This document shows, in pieces, positions 1 to 9,913 of a DNA stretch of 64,000 bases. The position numbers and the translations under genes are program-made. Within the stretch, counting starts at the first letter, position 1, and each line of letters starts with the position of its first letter. Source of the stretch: Dehalococcoidia bacterium (lineage in GTDB: Bacteria; Chloroflexota; Dehalococcoidia; UBA6926); the NCBI GenBank assembly GCA_963666115.2, contig CAXXET010000006.1, forward strand, positions 480,001 through 544,000. The letters are read 5' to 3'. Below the pieces are notes generated by a model. The model made no database searches. It was given only the letters and a program-made list of their open reading frames with translations, and was not told the DNA's origin.

Positions 1-1
1 G

Positions 2-95
<94 letters not shown>

Positions 96-233
96 GCTGG
101 AAGTCTCTCCGACGGACATTATACGCGGGAGTTGAGCGGGATGGTATGATTAAGTGTCTAGCAGTCGTTCGGCGCGCGTGATTCGGCCAAATTGCACAGC
201 GTTGAACGGGGTTAGCAAGGAAGGGAGCAGCGC

Positions 234-830
234 GTGTTGACAGGGAAAGCGTTTTGGATTCCGCTTGTCTTAATTTCGGCGTTCATCTTGGTGCTTGCCG
301 CCTGCACGGGTCCGGCAGGGATGCAGGGCGAACGAGGCCCGGCGGGCCCGGCGGGAGCGCCCGGCCTGGACGGCTTTGAAGGCCAGCCGGGGCCGGCGGG
401 CGCGGTGGGGCCGACTGGCGCGCAAGGCGAGCCCGGGCAGCCGGGGGAGCCGGGCGCAGGAGCAATCAATCCTGAAGCCAATATCAACACTCTCGATTCG
501 AGCGTCGTGCTCGTGCCGGGAACCACGCGGGTGACGTTCAGGCTGTCCGGCTTCCCGCGCCGTGACGACGTGACACTGTCCATCCGTGAAGCGGGCGGCG
601 CAGGCAGCGATTACGAGATGGGAAGCGGCCAGGTCAATTCGTCCGGCGCTCTTGAGATAGTCGTCGGCTCCGACCTGCTGCCCGCCATACCGGAGGATCT
701 GCCGTCCGGCCTGTGGACGGTTGTCGCGGTGGGCACCCGAACGCCGGAGGGAGCCTCCGGACCCGCGATTGCAAGCACGGCAATCCGCGTGTACAGCCCC
801 GGCGAGGCCCCGACGGTGGGCGGCAAGTAG
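234..830 (+). CDS. Collagen-like (Gly-X-Y repeat) lipoprotein
   Basis: Hydrophobic signal ending in lipobox LAAC, about 16-17 consecutive GXY triplets, then a beta-rich globular domain; SD AAGGGAG upstream. Confidence 0.85.
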   Translation: MLTGKAFWIPLVLISAFILVLAACTGPAGMQGERGPAGPAGAPGLDGFEGQPGPAGAVGPTGAQGEPGQPGEPGAGAINPEANINTLDSSVVLVPGTTRVTFRLSGFPRRDDVTLSIREAGGAGSDYEMGSGQVNSSGALEIVVGSDLLPAIPEDLPSGLWTVVAVGTRTPEGASGPAIASTAIRVYSPGEAPTVGGK

Positions 831-857
831 CCGGCATCTGACAAACGAGATCAGGCA

Positions 858-890
858 GGGGGGCGTCCGCAGGGCGCCCCCCGTGTTTTT
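858..890 (+). terminator. Intrinsic terminator between convergent genes
   Basis: GGGGGGCGTCC-GCA-GGGCGCCCCCC hairpin followed by GTGTTTTT. Confidence 0.75.
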
Positions 891-898
891 GCGGTGGG

Positions 899-2209
899 TT
901 AGGCGGTGGCGGCAGTGGGGGGTTGGTGTTCGGCGTCCGTTTCGGTGGGTGATTCCCCATGGAGGAGCCGGACCTGGCGGACGCGGCGGCCTGTCGTGGA
1001 CAGGATGGTCATGGTCATGCCGTTGTCGCTGACGGTCTCCCCGGGGTGGGGAATGCGTCCCAGGGCGTAGAGGATAAGCCCGCCGACGGTATCGACGCCC
1101 TCCGCGTGCAGTTCGACGTTGAACATTTCGTTGATGTACTTGAGCGGGGCGCGCGCGTCGACGATGGCCTCCTGTTCGCTCACGCGGCGAACCAGCGGCT
1201 CGCTGACGGTGAACTCGTCATCGATGTCTCCGACAATCTCCTCCAGCAGGTCTTCGTTGGTGACCAGACCGACGAGGCTGCCGTATTCGTCCACAACAAG
1301 CGCGATGTGGACGCGCAGCGACTGGAACTCCCGCAAGAGGTCGCCCACGCGCTTGGTTTCCGGCACGTGCAGCGGCGGGCGGACGATGGATTCAAGGGTT
1401 GAGTCCCCGTTCTTGTTCTGGAACGCGGCGAGCAGGTCTTTGGCATAGACGATGCCGAGCGTTTCATCGAGATTGCTGCGGTAGAGGGGCAGGCGGCTGA
1501 ACCCTTCCTGCATGACGATCTGGACGGCGTCCTCCAGCGATGAGCCGGCCTCGATGCCGACGATATCCGGTCGCGGCACCATGACCTCGCGGACGGCCAG
1601 GGATTCCAGCCGCACAAGGCCGCGCATGACGTTCCGCTCCCACTCTTCATCCAGCGTGACTGCGGCGTCCGCGCCGTTCTGGTGGTCGCCGTTCGCAGCG
1701 CGCTGATCGGAGCGTTCCGCGGCGGGGCTGTCCGGCCTCTTTTGCCCCAGGGCGCGCGCAAGCGGACGAAACAGGGCGCGGAGAGCGGAAGCCGGTATTG
1801 AGAGGACGGCGTTGACGAATGAGGCAACCGGAGCGGACACGAGGGCGAGACGATCCGCGTCATGTGCGCCCCACACCCGTCCGGCGGCCTGCGCCAATAT
1901 GACGCCCGCGACGGTGAGGGCGATGCCGAGGAGTACGTCCAACGCCGCCGACGGGCTGTACATCGACACGAGGGCAAAGCTGATGATGGCAAAGAGAACC
2001 GTGGCGGTGGAGCGAATCATCAGGGCGGCCATCACCAGGGAATCGTGCGATTCCTGGAGCCGCGCAAGGCGGCGCGCGCCCGGCCTGCGCCGCTGCACAA
2101 GCCGCTCCAGGCGCTCTCCCCGTGTCTGGAAGAACGCGTCCTCAACCGCTACGACCATCGTCAGCAGGACGAGGGCGAACGGATACGCCGGCAGGAGGAT
2201 TGCTGACAC
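899..2209 (-). CDS. Hemolysin/CNNM family (CorC/TlyC-like) transporter with CBS pair and CorC domain
   Basis: N-terminal TM helices; VREVMVPRPDI, FSRLPLY, VVDEYG and EDLLEEIVGDI motifs. Confidence 0.9.
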   Translation of the reverse strand: MSAILLPAYPFALVLLTMVVAVEDAFFQTRGERLERLVQRRRPGARRLARLQESHDSLVMAALMIRSTATVLFAIISFALVSMYSPSAALDVLLGIALTVAGVILAQAAGRVWGAHDADRLALVSAPVASFVNAVLSIPASALRALFRPLARALGQKRPDSPAAERSDQRAANGDHQNGADAAVTLDEEWERNVMRGLVRLESLAVREVMVPRPDIVGIEAGSSLEDAVQIVMQEGFSRLPLYRSNLDETLGIVYAKDLLAAFQNKNGDSTLESIVRPPLHVPETKRVGDLLREFQSLRVHIALVVDEYGSLVGLVTNEDLLEEIVGDIDDEFTVSEPLVRRVSEQEAIVDARAPLKYINEMFNVELHAEGVDTVGGLILYALGRIPHPGETVSDNGMTMTILSTTGRRVRQVRLLHGESPTETDAEHQPPTAATA

Positions 2210-2339
2210 CGGCGTCTAGGCCACGGCGACGTTAATCATGCGTCGTCCCGGCGCAATTATGATGTGCCCCGTACTTGGGGGCTCTAAATCGGTAGCCATA
2301 TCTGAACGACGCCATGCTAGGCGTGTACGCGCCCAATTG

Positions 2340-3023
2340 TCAAGATGCACGGGATGCATTCTCCACGTTGCGGAACGTGCGGCGATGAATTGGCGACGGC
2401 CCGATTTGGCGCAATGCCGCCACGTGTTTCGCCGTGCCGTATCCCTTGTTTCCGGCCAGTCCGTAGCCGGGGTGTTGGCCGTCCAGCCGGCGCATGACCT
2501 CGTCACGGGCGACCTTCGCGATGATGGAGGCTGCGGATACCGAAACGGAGACCTGGTCGCCATGCGTGAGCGCCAACTGTCGAATGTTGTCACGGACCGG
2601 CAGGGCAGACCAGTCAACCAGGATGCCGTCCACGCTGCTCCCCAGCGCGTTCAGGGCCGCCAGCATTGCTTCTTGGGTCGCAACGGCGATGCCCGCGTCA
2701 TCGATTCGACTCGCGGGCGTCATGGCGAGGCCGACGGCCGCATCCCGGAGGATGAGCTTTGCCAGGTGCTCCCGCTGGGCTGCGGTGAGTTTCTTGGAAT
2801 CGTCAACGTCGTCGAACCACGCCAGAGGTTGAGCCGGGAGGATGACGGCGGCTGCGGCGACTGGGCCGGCGAGCGCGCCGCGTCCTGCCTCGTCTATGCC
2901 GGCGATAGTGCGCGCGCCCTGCAGGAGCAGCTCGCGCTCGTAGGAGAGGCCGGGGCGTGTGACGGGCGGGACGATGGGGCGGGGGCGCGGCGGCGTTCCG
3001 TCGTCCCGCGGCTCAGTTTTCAG
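2340..3023 (-). CDS. rnhB: Ribonuclease HII (start uncertain, likely CTG at 3023)
   Basis: AGIDEAGRGALAGPV, DSKKL, SAASIIAKVARD, NKGYGT and HRRTF motifs in the 3' part of ORF 2340..3596. Confidence 0.9.
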   Translation of the reverse strand: MKTEPRDDGTPPRPRPIVPPVTRPGLSYERELLLQGARTIAGIDEAGRGALAGPVAAAAVILPAQPLAWFDDVDDSKKLTAAQREHLAKLILRDAAVGLAMTPASRIDDAGIAVATQEAMLAALNALGSSVDGILVDWSALPVRDNIRQLALTHGDQVSVSVSAASIIAKVARDEVMRRLDGQHPGYGLAGNKGYGTAKHVAALRQIGPSPIHRRTFRNVENASRAS

Positions 3024-3606
3024 CGGGGACCTCTCTCGATGCGGTGAGGACTTCCCGGATGTGATTGATCGCGCCGGCGTGGAGGTTGGCATGAGTGGTG
3101 AGCGTGACGAGGTAGCGAATGCGCTGCATCCCGTTGTCCGTTTCAATGTCCAGCCGCCCCGGCCCAAGCTCCTCGATGGCGCCGAGAACGGCCTCGAACG
3201 TGAGCCGCAGGTATTCCAGCAGCGCCTGCTTGGGCGGCTCCTGGAAATGGGCGCGCTGCATGGCGGTGTACGCCTGTCCGGTGTCTTCAAGAGGCAGGCC
3301 GAACTCCCGGGCGTAGCCGTGCGTCTCATAGATCTCGGCGCGGTTGAGGATCTGCTTGTGGAGCAGCGCGTCCTGCACGCGGGCGACGTGCCAGAGATAG
3401 TAGCCGGCGGACGGCGTCTCCGGGAACGGTCGCCACGCCATGTCTTCTTCGGACATCCTTTCAACGGCCTGCGTGAGGGTGCGCTGGCAGGCCTGGAAAA
3501 CGCCTGCCAGCGCGTCGCCGGACGGATAGCCGTTTTCCATGTGAGAACCGGCATCTCCGCGATTGAGAAAGTCGCGCAGGCCGTGCGACAAGGCAATGAT
3601 GGACAT
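3013..3606 (-). CDS. DinB/YfiT family protein (putative metal-dependent thiol transferase fold)
   Basis: YYLWHVAR and HANLHAGAI His pattern; helical DinB-like spacing; SD AAGGGG. Confidence 0.75.
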   Translation of the reverse strand: MSIIALSHGLRDFLNRGDAGSHMENGYPSGDALAGVFQACQRTLTQAVERMSEEDMAWRPFPETPSAGYYLWHVARVQDALLHKQILNRAEIYETHGYAREFGLPLEDTGQAYTAMQRAHFQEPPKQALLEYLRLTFEAVLGAIEELGPGRLDIETDNGMQRIRYLVTLTTHANLHAGAINHIREVLTASREVPAEN

Positions 3607-3643
3607 GATTACCCCTTGTATCCCCTTTATCCCAACGGTGATT

Positions 3644-4786
3644 TTACACCGCTTGGGCAACGAGTGGGGAGTCGCGGGATTCGTCGGCGGCCACCGCGCG
3701 CTCGATCACGCCCCCGCCAAGCATTCGTCCGGCATCGTAAAGGACGACTGCCTGCCCGGGTGTGACTGCGCGCTGCGGCTCGTCAAACTCCAGCGTGAAA
3801 CCGCCGCCGCCGTCCGTGTCAGGGATGAGGAGGGCGGGCGATTCGGGGGACTTGTAGCGCACCTTTGCGGTGACGCGCATCGCCCCGCCGTTGGCGGGGG
3901 GCGATCCGTCGATGAACGTTGCCTGCGCCGCGCGGAGTCCGTCTGCGAGGAGGTGATCCTCCGGTCCGATGACAATGGTGTTCTCCGCTGTGTCGATGTC
4001 GATGACGTACATGCGGCGGCCTGTGGGGGACGGCGGCAGGCCCTTGCGCTGGCCGACGGTATATCCGGCAGTTCCCATGTGGGAGCCGACGCGCTTGCCG
4101 TCTACGTCAAAGATGGGGCCAGGGGTGAGGGCCACGTGCTCGGAGAGGAAAGAGCGGTAATCGCCGGAGGGCACGAAGCAGATTTCCTGGCTGTCCGGCT
4201 TGTCCGCGACCGGCAGGTCAAGCTCATGCGCGATGCGCCGCACGTCCTGCTTGGGCAGTTCGCCAATGGGGAACAGGGAGCGCCGCAGCTCGTCCTGGCC
4301 AAGCCCGTAGAGCACGTAGGTCTGGTCCTTTGATGCGTCGACGGCCTGGCGCAGCTCAATGCGGCCGTCCGGGGCGGCGCGTCGGCGGACGTAGTGGCCG
4401 GTGGCGATCCAATCGGCCTCGAGGGCCAACGCGCGCTGAAGGAAGAACGCGAACTTGATCTTGTCGTTGCATGCGATGCAGGGGTGCGGGGTGCGCCCGT
4501 TCTTGTACTCGCGGATGAAGTACTCGATGACGTGCTTGCGGAACTCCTCCTCCATGTTGAGGACGTAGTGGGGGATGTCCAGCCGCTGGCAGACGCGCTT
4601 GGCGTCAAACACGTCCTCCACGGAGCAGCACGCGCGGTTGTGGCGTGAGGCGCCCTCAACGTCGTCGCTCCACAGGCGCATGGTGACGCCGATGACGTCA
4701 TAACCCTGCTCCGCAAGCAGGTAGGCGGCGACGGAGGAATCGACCCCGCCGCTCATGGCGACAATGACTCTTTCGTTGGTGCTCAT
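3644..4786 (-). CDS. mnmA: tRNA 2-thiouridylase MnmA
   Basis: VAMSGGVDSSV, TPHPCIACN, ATGHY, KDQTY, DSQEICF and AVTPGQ motifs. Confidence 0.96.
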   Translation of the reverse strand: MSTNERVIVAMSGGVDSSVAAYLLAEQGYDVIGVTMRLWSDDVEGASRHNRACCSVEDVFDAKRVCQRLDIPHYVLNMEEEFRKHVIEYFIREYKNGRTPHPCIACNDKIKFAFFLQRALALEADWIATGHYVRRRAAPDGRIELRQAVDASKDQTYVLYGLGQDELRRSLFPIGELPKQDVRRIAHELDLPVADKPDSQEICFVPSGDYRSFLSEHVALTPGPIFDVDGKRVGSHMGTAGYTVGQRKGLPPSPTGRRMYVIDIDTAENTIVIGPEDHLLADGLRAAQATFIDGSPPANGGAMRVTAKVRYKSPESPALLIPDTDGGGGFTLEFDEPQRAVTPGQAVVLYDAGRMLGGGVIERAVAADESRDSPLVAQAV

Positions 4787-4833
4787 GGCTCTATCTACGA
4801 TACGGAGTTGGGTGGCGGCGCGCAAAAGCGTCG

Positions 4834-5715
4834 TCAACCTGCTAAGGCAAGGACGACGACGGCGATGATCGCTATTGCCAGCCCGCCGCCCTTGCTCCAG
4901 TTCATCTCCTCGCGCAGGAAGACCACGGCGAGGATGGCGGTGATGACGAAGCTCATCTGCACGATGGGATAGCTGATGCTGGCGTCGCCGAGCCGGAGGG
5001 ACTCGAACAGGAGGACGGCCCACGAAATCTGGAGAACTGCGATGCCCGGCGCGAAGTTGACCACGGTGCGGCTGATGCCGAAGTGCCGTGATCGCAGGAG
5101 CGTGAGGATGGCGGCCTGCTGGAATCCGACGGTCTGGGTGAGGATGAGCGGAACCGCGCCGATGTCACCCGTGTCCAGGCCGGCCTTGGAGATCAGCCCC
5201 TGCACGCCGAACAGCACGGACGCCGCCAATGCCAGCATGATCGAGCGGACGTTGGAGCGAATCGCGGTGACCTGGGTGACGTTCAGGAGGACGAGGACGG
5301 CCAGGATGGCGAGGAGGATGCCGCCCATTTTCAGCAGGTCGGCGGATTCGCCGAGGATGAGGATTGCGCCGAACGCCGTCACCACGAAGTTGAGGCGGAA
5401 GATTGGGGCGTTGACACTGGCGTCGCCAGTCCGGAGGCTGGCCACGAACAGGGTCAGGCCGGAGTAGGCAAACACGCCCGCGGGAACGCCGTAGAACCAC
5501 GTGCTGCTGTGAATGAAGTCTATGGGGCCGTCATCGCCGAGGATGAGCCAGCTTGAGACGGCCACCGCCCAGATGATGGCGGTGAAGATGGTGGACTGCC
5601 AGAAGACGAAATTGGGGGCGTCAATGCCCTTTTGTTGGGCGACGCGGTAGAGGAGGTCGCCTATTGCGCCGATGATCAAGGCTGCGACGGCGAGGGAGAC
5701 GGCGAGGGAGTCCAT
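4834..5715 (-). CDS. EamA/DMT family transporter
   Basis: About 10 TM helices with an internal duplication (GDASVNAPI / GDASISYPI; ILGE / FLRE). Confidence 0.85.
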   Translation of the reverse strand: MDSLAVSLAVAALIIGAIGDLLYRVAQQKGIDAPNFVFWQSTIFTAIIWAVAVSSWLILGDDGPIDFIHSSTWFYGVPAGVFAYSGLTLFVASLRTGDASVNAPIFRLNFVVTAFGAILILGESADLLKMGGILLAILAVLVLLNVTQVTAIRSNVRSIMLALAASVLFGVQGLISKAGLDTGDIGAVPLILTQTVGFQQAAILTLLRSRHFGISRTVVNFAPGIAVLQISWAVLLFESLRLGDASISYPIVQMSFVITAILAVVFLREEMNWSKGGGLAIAIIAVVVLALAG

Positions 5716-5759
5716 CAGCAGTCCTCGCGGGGCTGTCCCGCGTTGTGTAGTATGGCGTT

Positions 5760-6125
5760 ATGACGAACGCTGAGTCCGGTGGGGACGGCATCGCGCTGGC
5801 GCGGAAGGCCGTGGAGATCGCGGAGGACCGGCAGGCCAGCGATATCCTGCTGCTGGACGTGCGGACCATCTGCGGGTACGCGGATGCCTTTGTGCTGATG
5901 ACGGTGGAGTCCAAGCGTCAGGGGCAGGCGATCCGGGAGGCGATGCACAAGGGGTTGAAGGAGTCCGGCCAGCCGGCGCTCCGAACGGAAGGGGACGCCG
6001 ACTCCGGTTGGCTGCTGATGGACTTCAACGATGTGATCGTCCATATCTTTGCCGGGGAGCAGCGCGAGCTCTATGGCCTTGAGCAGTTGTGGCGTGGGGC
6101 GGCGCCGCTCGTCAGGATTCAATGA
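5760..6125 (+). CDS. rsfS: Ribosome silencing factor
   Basis: DILLLDV and GWLLMDFNDVIVHIF...RELYGLEQLW motifs. Confidence 0.93.
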   Translation: MTNAESGGDGIALARKAVEIAEDRQASDILLLDVRTICGYADAFVLMTVESKRQGQAIREAMHKGLKESGQPALRTEGDADSGWLLMDFNDVIVHIFAGEQRELYGLEQLWRGAAPLVRIQ

Positions 6126-6570
6126 GCCACTGCTCCGTGGCCTGCCGGTAGTCGATCAACTCGGACTCGTCGAACCAGAGCGCAACCTCTCGCGCGGCGG
6201 ATTCCGGGCCGTCCGAGCCGTGAACCAGGTTCAACCCAACCGATAGGCCAAGGTCGGCGCGAATGCTGCCCGGGGCGGCCTTGCCGGGGTCCGTCGCGCC
6301 CATTGTCTGGCGGGCAAGCTCGATGGCCCGTTCGCCCTCCAAAACCATCGCCAGCAAGGGCGAGGACGTGATGAAGTCCAGGAGCCCGGGGAGGAACGGC
6401 TTGCCGGCGTGCTCGGCGTAGTGCTCCTCCGCCAGCGAACGCTCAACGCGCATGAGTTTCGCGCCGGCGATCTTGAGGCCGCGCTTCTCGAAGCGTCCGA
6501 GGATTTCGCCTGCCAGCCCGCGTTGAACGGCGTCCGGCTTGATCAGGATGAGGGTGCGTTCTGCTGCCAT
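6112..6570 (-). CDS. ndk: Nucleoside diphosphate kinase
   Basis: ERTLILIKPDAVQRGL, GATDP, PGSIRAD and NLVHGSD motifs. Confidence 0.96.
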   Translation of the reverse strand: MAAERTLILIKPDAVQRGLAGEILGRFEKRGLKIAGAKLMRVERSLAEEHYAEHAGKPFLPGLLDFITSSPLLAMVLEGERAIELARQTMGATDPGKAAPGSIRADLGLSVGLNLVHGSDGPESAAREVALWFDESELIDYRQATEQWLIES

Positions 6571-6623
6571 TGGTTCTCCTGTTTGGGAGCGGGATGTATC
6601 CATAGGGTAGCAGACGGGGAATG

Positions 6624-6652
6624 TTGACACGCGGGATACGGTCACATAGTTT
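6624..6652 (+). promoter_or_regulatory. Sigma70-type promoter for the MFS pair (probably leaderless)
   Basis: TTGACA-N17-TAGTTT, then 6 nt to in-frame GTG at 6659. Confidence 0.55.
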
Positions 6653-6655
6653 GAG

Positions 6656-8035
6656 TTGGTGGAGCGTAGGAACAACCCCGGCATACGGCAGGGGCCCGGC
6701 CCGGTTGCCGAGCGCCGAAGTGTGGGATTCCGCGCTATCGCCTCCCTGACCGTCCCCGCGTACCGCCTCTATTTCCTTTTCGTTCTCGCCCAGATGGGCG
6801 CGCTGAACATGCAGATGATGGCGCGCTCCTGGTACGTCTACGAACTCTCCAAGGCCCCCGGCACGGACGACGGCAGCGTGACGATGCTGGGTGCTGTCGC
6901 GCTCGCGAACGCGGTGCCGATGCTGGCCCTTTCCCTCATCGGCGGGGTGCTTGCCGACCGCATCCCGAAGAAGCAGGTTCTCATCATCGGGCAGATCGTC
7001 TCAACGGTCATCACCGTGGGCGTGGCCATGTCAATCACGCTTGGCTCCATCACCGTGTGGCACCTGCTGATCGCGTCGTTCTTGCAGGGGATTGTGATGG
7101 CGCTGATGATGCCGGCGCGGCAGGCGATCATCCCGGAGCTCGTCGGCGCGAACATGATCACGAACGCCGTCGCGCTGAATGGCGCGGCGATGAACCTGCT
7201 GCGCCTCATGGGCCCCGCGCTGGCGGGATTCCTGATCGCCCTGTGGGACATCGAGGGCGTGTACTACATCATGGCGGTGCTGTACGGCTCCGGCGTCCTC
7301 ATGCTGATGGGTGTGCCGCTGACGGGCGCGGTGGCGCTTCGCGGCTCCGGGATGCTGCGGCAGGTGGCGGAGGGATTCAGCTACATCAAGCAAAACTCCC
7401 CGGTCCTCATGCTGCTAATCTTCGCGCTGTTCTCGTTCGTGCTGTCGATGCCGTACATGTTCCTGCTGCCCGCGTTCACCGATACCATTCTTACGGTCGA
7501 TCCGTCCCGCCTCCCGTTCTTTACGTCTCTGCCGTTGGTGGGAACGTTATTCGAGACGCTGGATGAGTCCGCCGCGCGGCAGGGCCTGCTGATCAGCATT
7601 TCCGGCATCGGCGCGCTCGTCGGCTCCATCTTCGTCGCCACGATGGAGGACAAGAACCGCGGCCTGTGGCTGTTGATCAGCATGTTCGTGATGGCGGTCT
7701 CTCTGATCGTGTTCAGCTTCACGAACTCGTACCTGATTGCGTTCATCGTGTTCATTCCGCTGGGGTTCGCGCAGGCGGGGCGGATGGCGCTCAGCAACAC
7801 GCTCGCCCAGGTCTATTCGGACGATGAGCACCGGGGCCGCGTGATGAGCATCTACATGCTCAACTGGGGCATGACGAACTTCGGCGTGTTCTTCGTCGGA
7901 GTGCTTGCGGACGTGATCGGCACGCAAGGCGGATTCTCCGGCGCGCAGTTGGCCGTCGGCGGGGCGGCCATCCTCCTCCTGCTGGTGACGACTTTCTTCA
8001 CGTTCTTCGTGAGGAAAGTCCGGGAAATGCAATAG
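6656..8035 (+). CDS. MFS transporter (DHA3/EntS-like)
   Basis: GGVLADRIPKK, PARQAIIPELV and RGRVMSIY motifs; 12 TM. Confidence 0.9.
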   Translation: MVERRNNPGIRQGPGPVAERRSVGFRAIASLTVPAYRLYFLFVLAQMGALNMQMMARSWYVYELSKAPGTDDGSVTMLGAVALANAVPMLALSLIGGVLADRIPKKQVLIIGQIVSTVITVGVAMSITLGSITVWHLLIASFLQGIVMALMMPARQAIIPELVGANMITNAVALNGAAMNLLRLMGPALAGFLIALWDIEGVYYIMAVLYGSGVLMLMGVPLTGAVALRGSGMLRQVAEGFSYIKQNSPVLMLLIFALFSFVLSMPYMFLLPAFTDTILTVDPSRLPFFTSLPLVGTLFETLDESAARQGLLISISGIGALVGSIFVATMEDKNRGLWLLISMFVMAVSLIVFSFTNSYLIAFIVFIPLGFAQAGRMALSNTLAQVYSDDEHRGRVMSIYMLNWGMTNFGVFFVGVLADVIGTQGGFSGAQLAVGGAAILLLLVTTFFTFFVRKVREMQ

Positions 8036-8050
8036 GACGGGCCCCTCACG

Positions 8051-9418
8051 GTGAGACCGCGCCGCACAGACTCAGACACGGAGCAGGGGACGACTGCGCC
8101 TGACGACCCCTTAGAAGAGCAACGCCCCGCCAGGGGCCGCGCTTCGCTGAGAGAGGCCGTTTCCGCGTTCGCCGTGCGCGATTACCGCATCCTGTGGGCA
8201 GGCGTGTCCATGCATGCGCTCACGCTGTGGATGGAGATCGTGGCGCGCAGCTGGCTGGTGTGGGAGATCACGGGCGACCCGGTTGCCGTCGGGTGGGTCA
8301 ACTTCTGGCGCACGATACCGGTGCTGTTTCTGGCGATTCCGGCGGGTGTGCTGGCCGACCGTGTAAACCGCAAGACCATCCTGGTTGTTACGCAAATCGG
8401 CATCCTCGGCATCTACGTCGTCCTGCTCGGGCTGCTGCTGCAAGACCGGCTGGAATTGTGGCACGCGTACGCGCTGTTCGCGGGGCGGGGGGCGATGATC
8501 GCGTTCAACCAGCCGGGTCGGCAGGCGTTGATACCCGCGATTGTGGGCAGGGAACGGGTGGCGAACGCGGTGGCCCTGCAACAATTCTCGTTCAACGGCA
8601 CGCGCATCGTGGCCCCGCTGCTCACCGGCGTGCTGATTGCCGTTTCGGGATTCGAGATGGTCTTTATCATCATCATCCTGCTGGAGTTCGGGATCATCGG
8701 CTCGTGGTTGTGGATGAAGACGTATCCGCTGATGCAGCGCGGCGCGGCGAGCATGGGCGTGTCCGGGGCATTCCGGGATACGTGGGAGGGCTTGCTCTAC
8801 GTCCGCCGGCACGTCACCATCCTGATCCTTCTCCTGCTCGGGCTGCTGTCGCTGATGTTCCTCCAGCCGTTCATGGTGCTGCTGCCGGAGATCGCCGACG
8901 AGCGTTTCGCCTCCAACGCGGACTGGATCCTGGCGATTGCCGATGCGTTCAACCTGAACCAGAACACGGGGGCGACGCTGTTCGGCGGGATGCTCACGTT
9001 CATGGGGATCGGCTCGATCATCGGGCCGACGGTTCTCGCCTACCTTGGCAACGTGCGGAACAAGGGCATGTTGATCGTGGTCACGATGGCGTTGAGCGGC
9101 GTGGTTCTCTCCGCGCTTGGCGCGACCCCGTGGCTCATCCTCGCGCTGGCCCTCATGGTGCTGCTCGGGCTGCTGGACTCCAGCCAGCGCGTGCTCACGA
9201 ACGGGATGCTGTTGACGCAGACGGACAGCGAGTTTCATGGGCGGGTGATCAGCCTGTACCTGCTGGACCGCGGGTTTGTGCCGATTGGGAGCCTGGTGGC
9301 GGGGTACATGGGGTCTGCGTACGGGGCAGGGTGGGCGCTGGGCCTCCTTGGGGGCGCGCTGGCGGTGTCCGTCGTAATTGTGGCGGCGATCAGGCCAAGA
9401 TTTCTGCGGGCAGGGTAG
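8051..9418 (+). CDS. MFS transporter (DHA3/EntS-like)
   Basis: AGVLADRVNRK, PGRQALIPAIV and HGRVISLY motifs; 12 TM. Confidence 0.9.
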   Translation: MRPRRTDSDTEQGTTAPDDPLEEQRPARGRASLREAVSAFAVRDYRILWAGVSMHALTLWMEIVARSWLVWEITGDPVAVGWVNFWRTIPVLFLAIPAGVLADRVNRKTILVVTQIGILGIYVVLLGLLLQDRLELWHAYALFAGRGAMIAFNQPGRQALIPAIVGRERVANAVALQQFSFNGTRIVAPLLTGVLIAVSGFEMVFIIIILLEFGIIGSWLWMKTYPLMQRGAASMGVSGAFRDTWEGLLYVRRHVTILILLLLGLLSLMFLQPFMVLLPEIADERFASNADWILAIADAFNLNQNTGATLFGGMLTFMGIGSIIGPTVLAYLGNVRNKGMLIVVTMALSGVVLSALGATPWLILALALMVLLGLLDSSQRVLTNGMLLTQTDSEFHGRVISLYLLDRGFVPIGSLVAGYMGSAYGAGWALGLLGGALAVSVVIVAAIRPRFLRAG

Positions 9419-9427
9419 GATACGTAT

Positions 9428-9913
9428 ATGGCGACGCATGAATGGAGCGGGGTTTCGCGCTCCGCGGATGAGACGAAAGAGATTGGCCGGGCTATTGGCG
9501 AGGCCGTAGAGGCCGGCACGCTCGCGCTCCTCATCGGGCAGTTGGGCGCAGGCAAAACCACGCTGACACAGGGGCTTGCCGACGGGCTTGGCGTAACGGC
9601 GTACACGAAAAGCCCATCGTTCGTGCTCGTGAACGAGTACCAGGGACGGCTGCCCCTGTTCCACATGGACCTGTACCGCATCGATGATCCTGCGGAGGCG
9701 TGGGAGCTTGGCTTGGACGACTACCTGGGCAGGGACGGCGTGTTGGCGGTGGAGTGGGCGGATCGCGCAACGTCCATCTTCCCCGATGACCGCCTTGAAA
9801 TTCGCATCGAATACGTCTCAGACACAGAACGGCAACTAACTGTGGCGGCGAGCGGCCCAGTGTCCGCGCGGGCCCTGGGCGGGCTGCCCGACAGGGTTGG
9901 GGCGGCAGAATGA
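9428..9913 (+). CDS. tsaE: tRNA t6A biosynthesis ATPase TsaE
   Basis: GQLGAGKTT, SPSFVLVNEY, HMDLYRI and VEWAD motifs. Confidence 0.95.
   Translation: MATHEWSGVSRSADETKEIGRAIGEAVEAGTLALLIGQLGAGKTTLTQGLADGLGVTAYTKSPSFVLVNEYQGRLPLFHMDLYRIDDPAEAWELGLDDYLGRDGVLAVEWADRATSIFPDDRLEIRIEYVSDTERQLTVAASGPVSARALGGLPDRVGAAE

Noticed and set aside
3024-3596. N-terminal fusion on RNase HII (418-aa ORF)
   Set aside because: The extension is an alternate frame of the DinB gene with low-complexity Arg/Ser/Pro content
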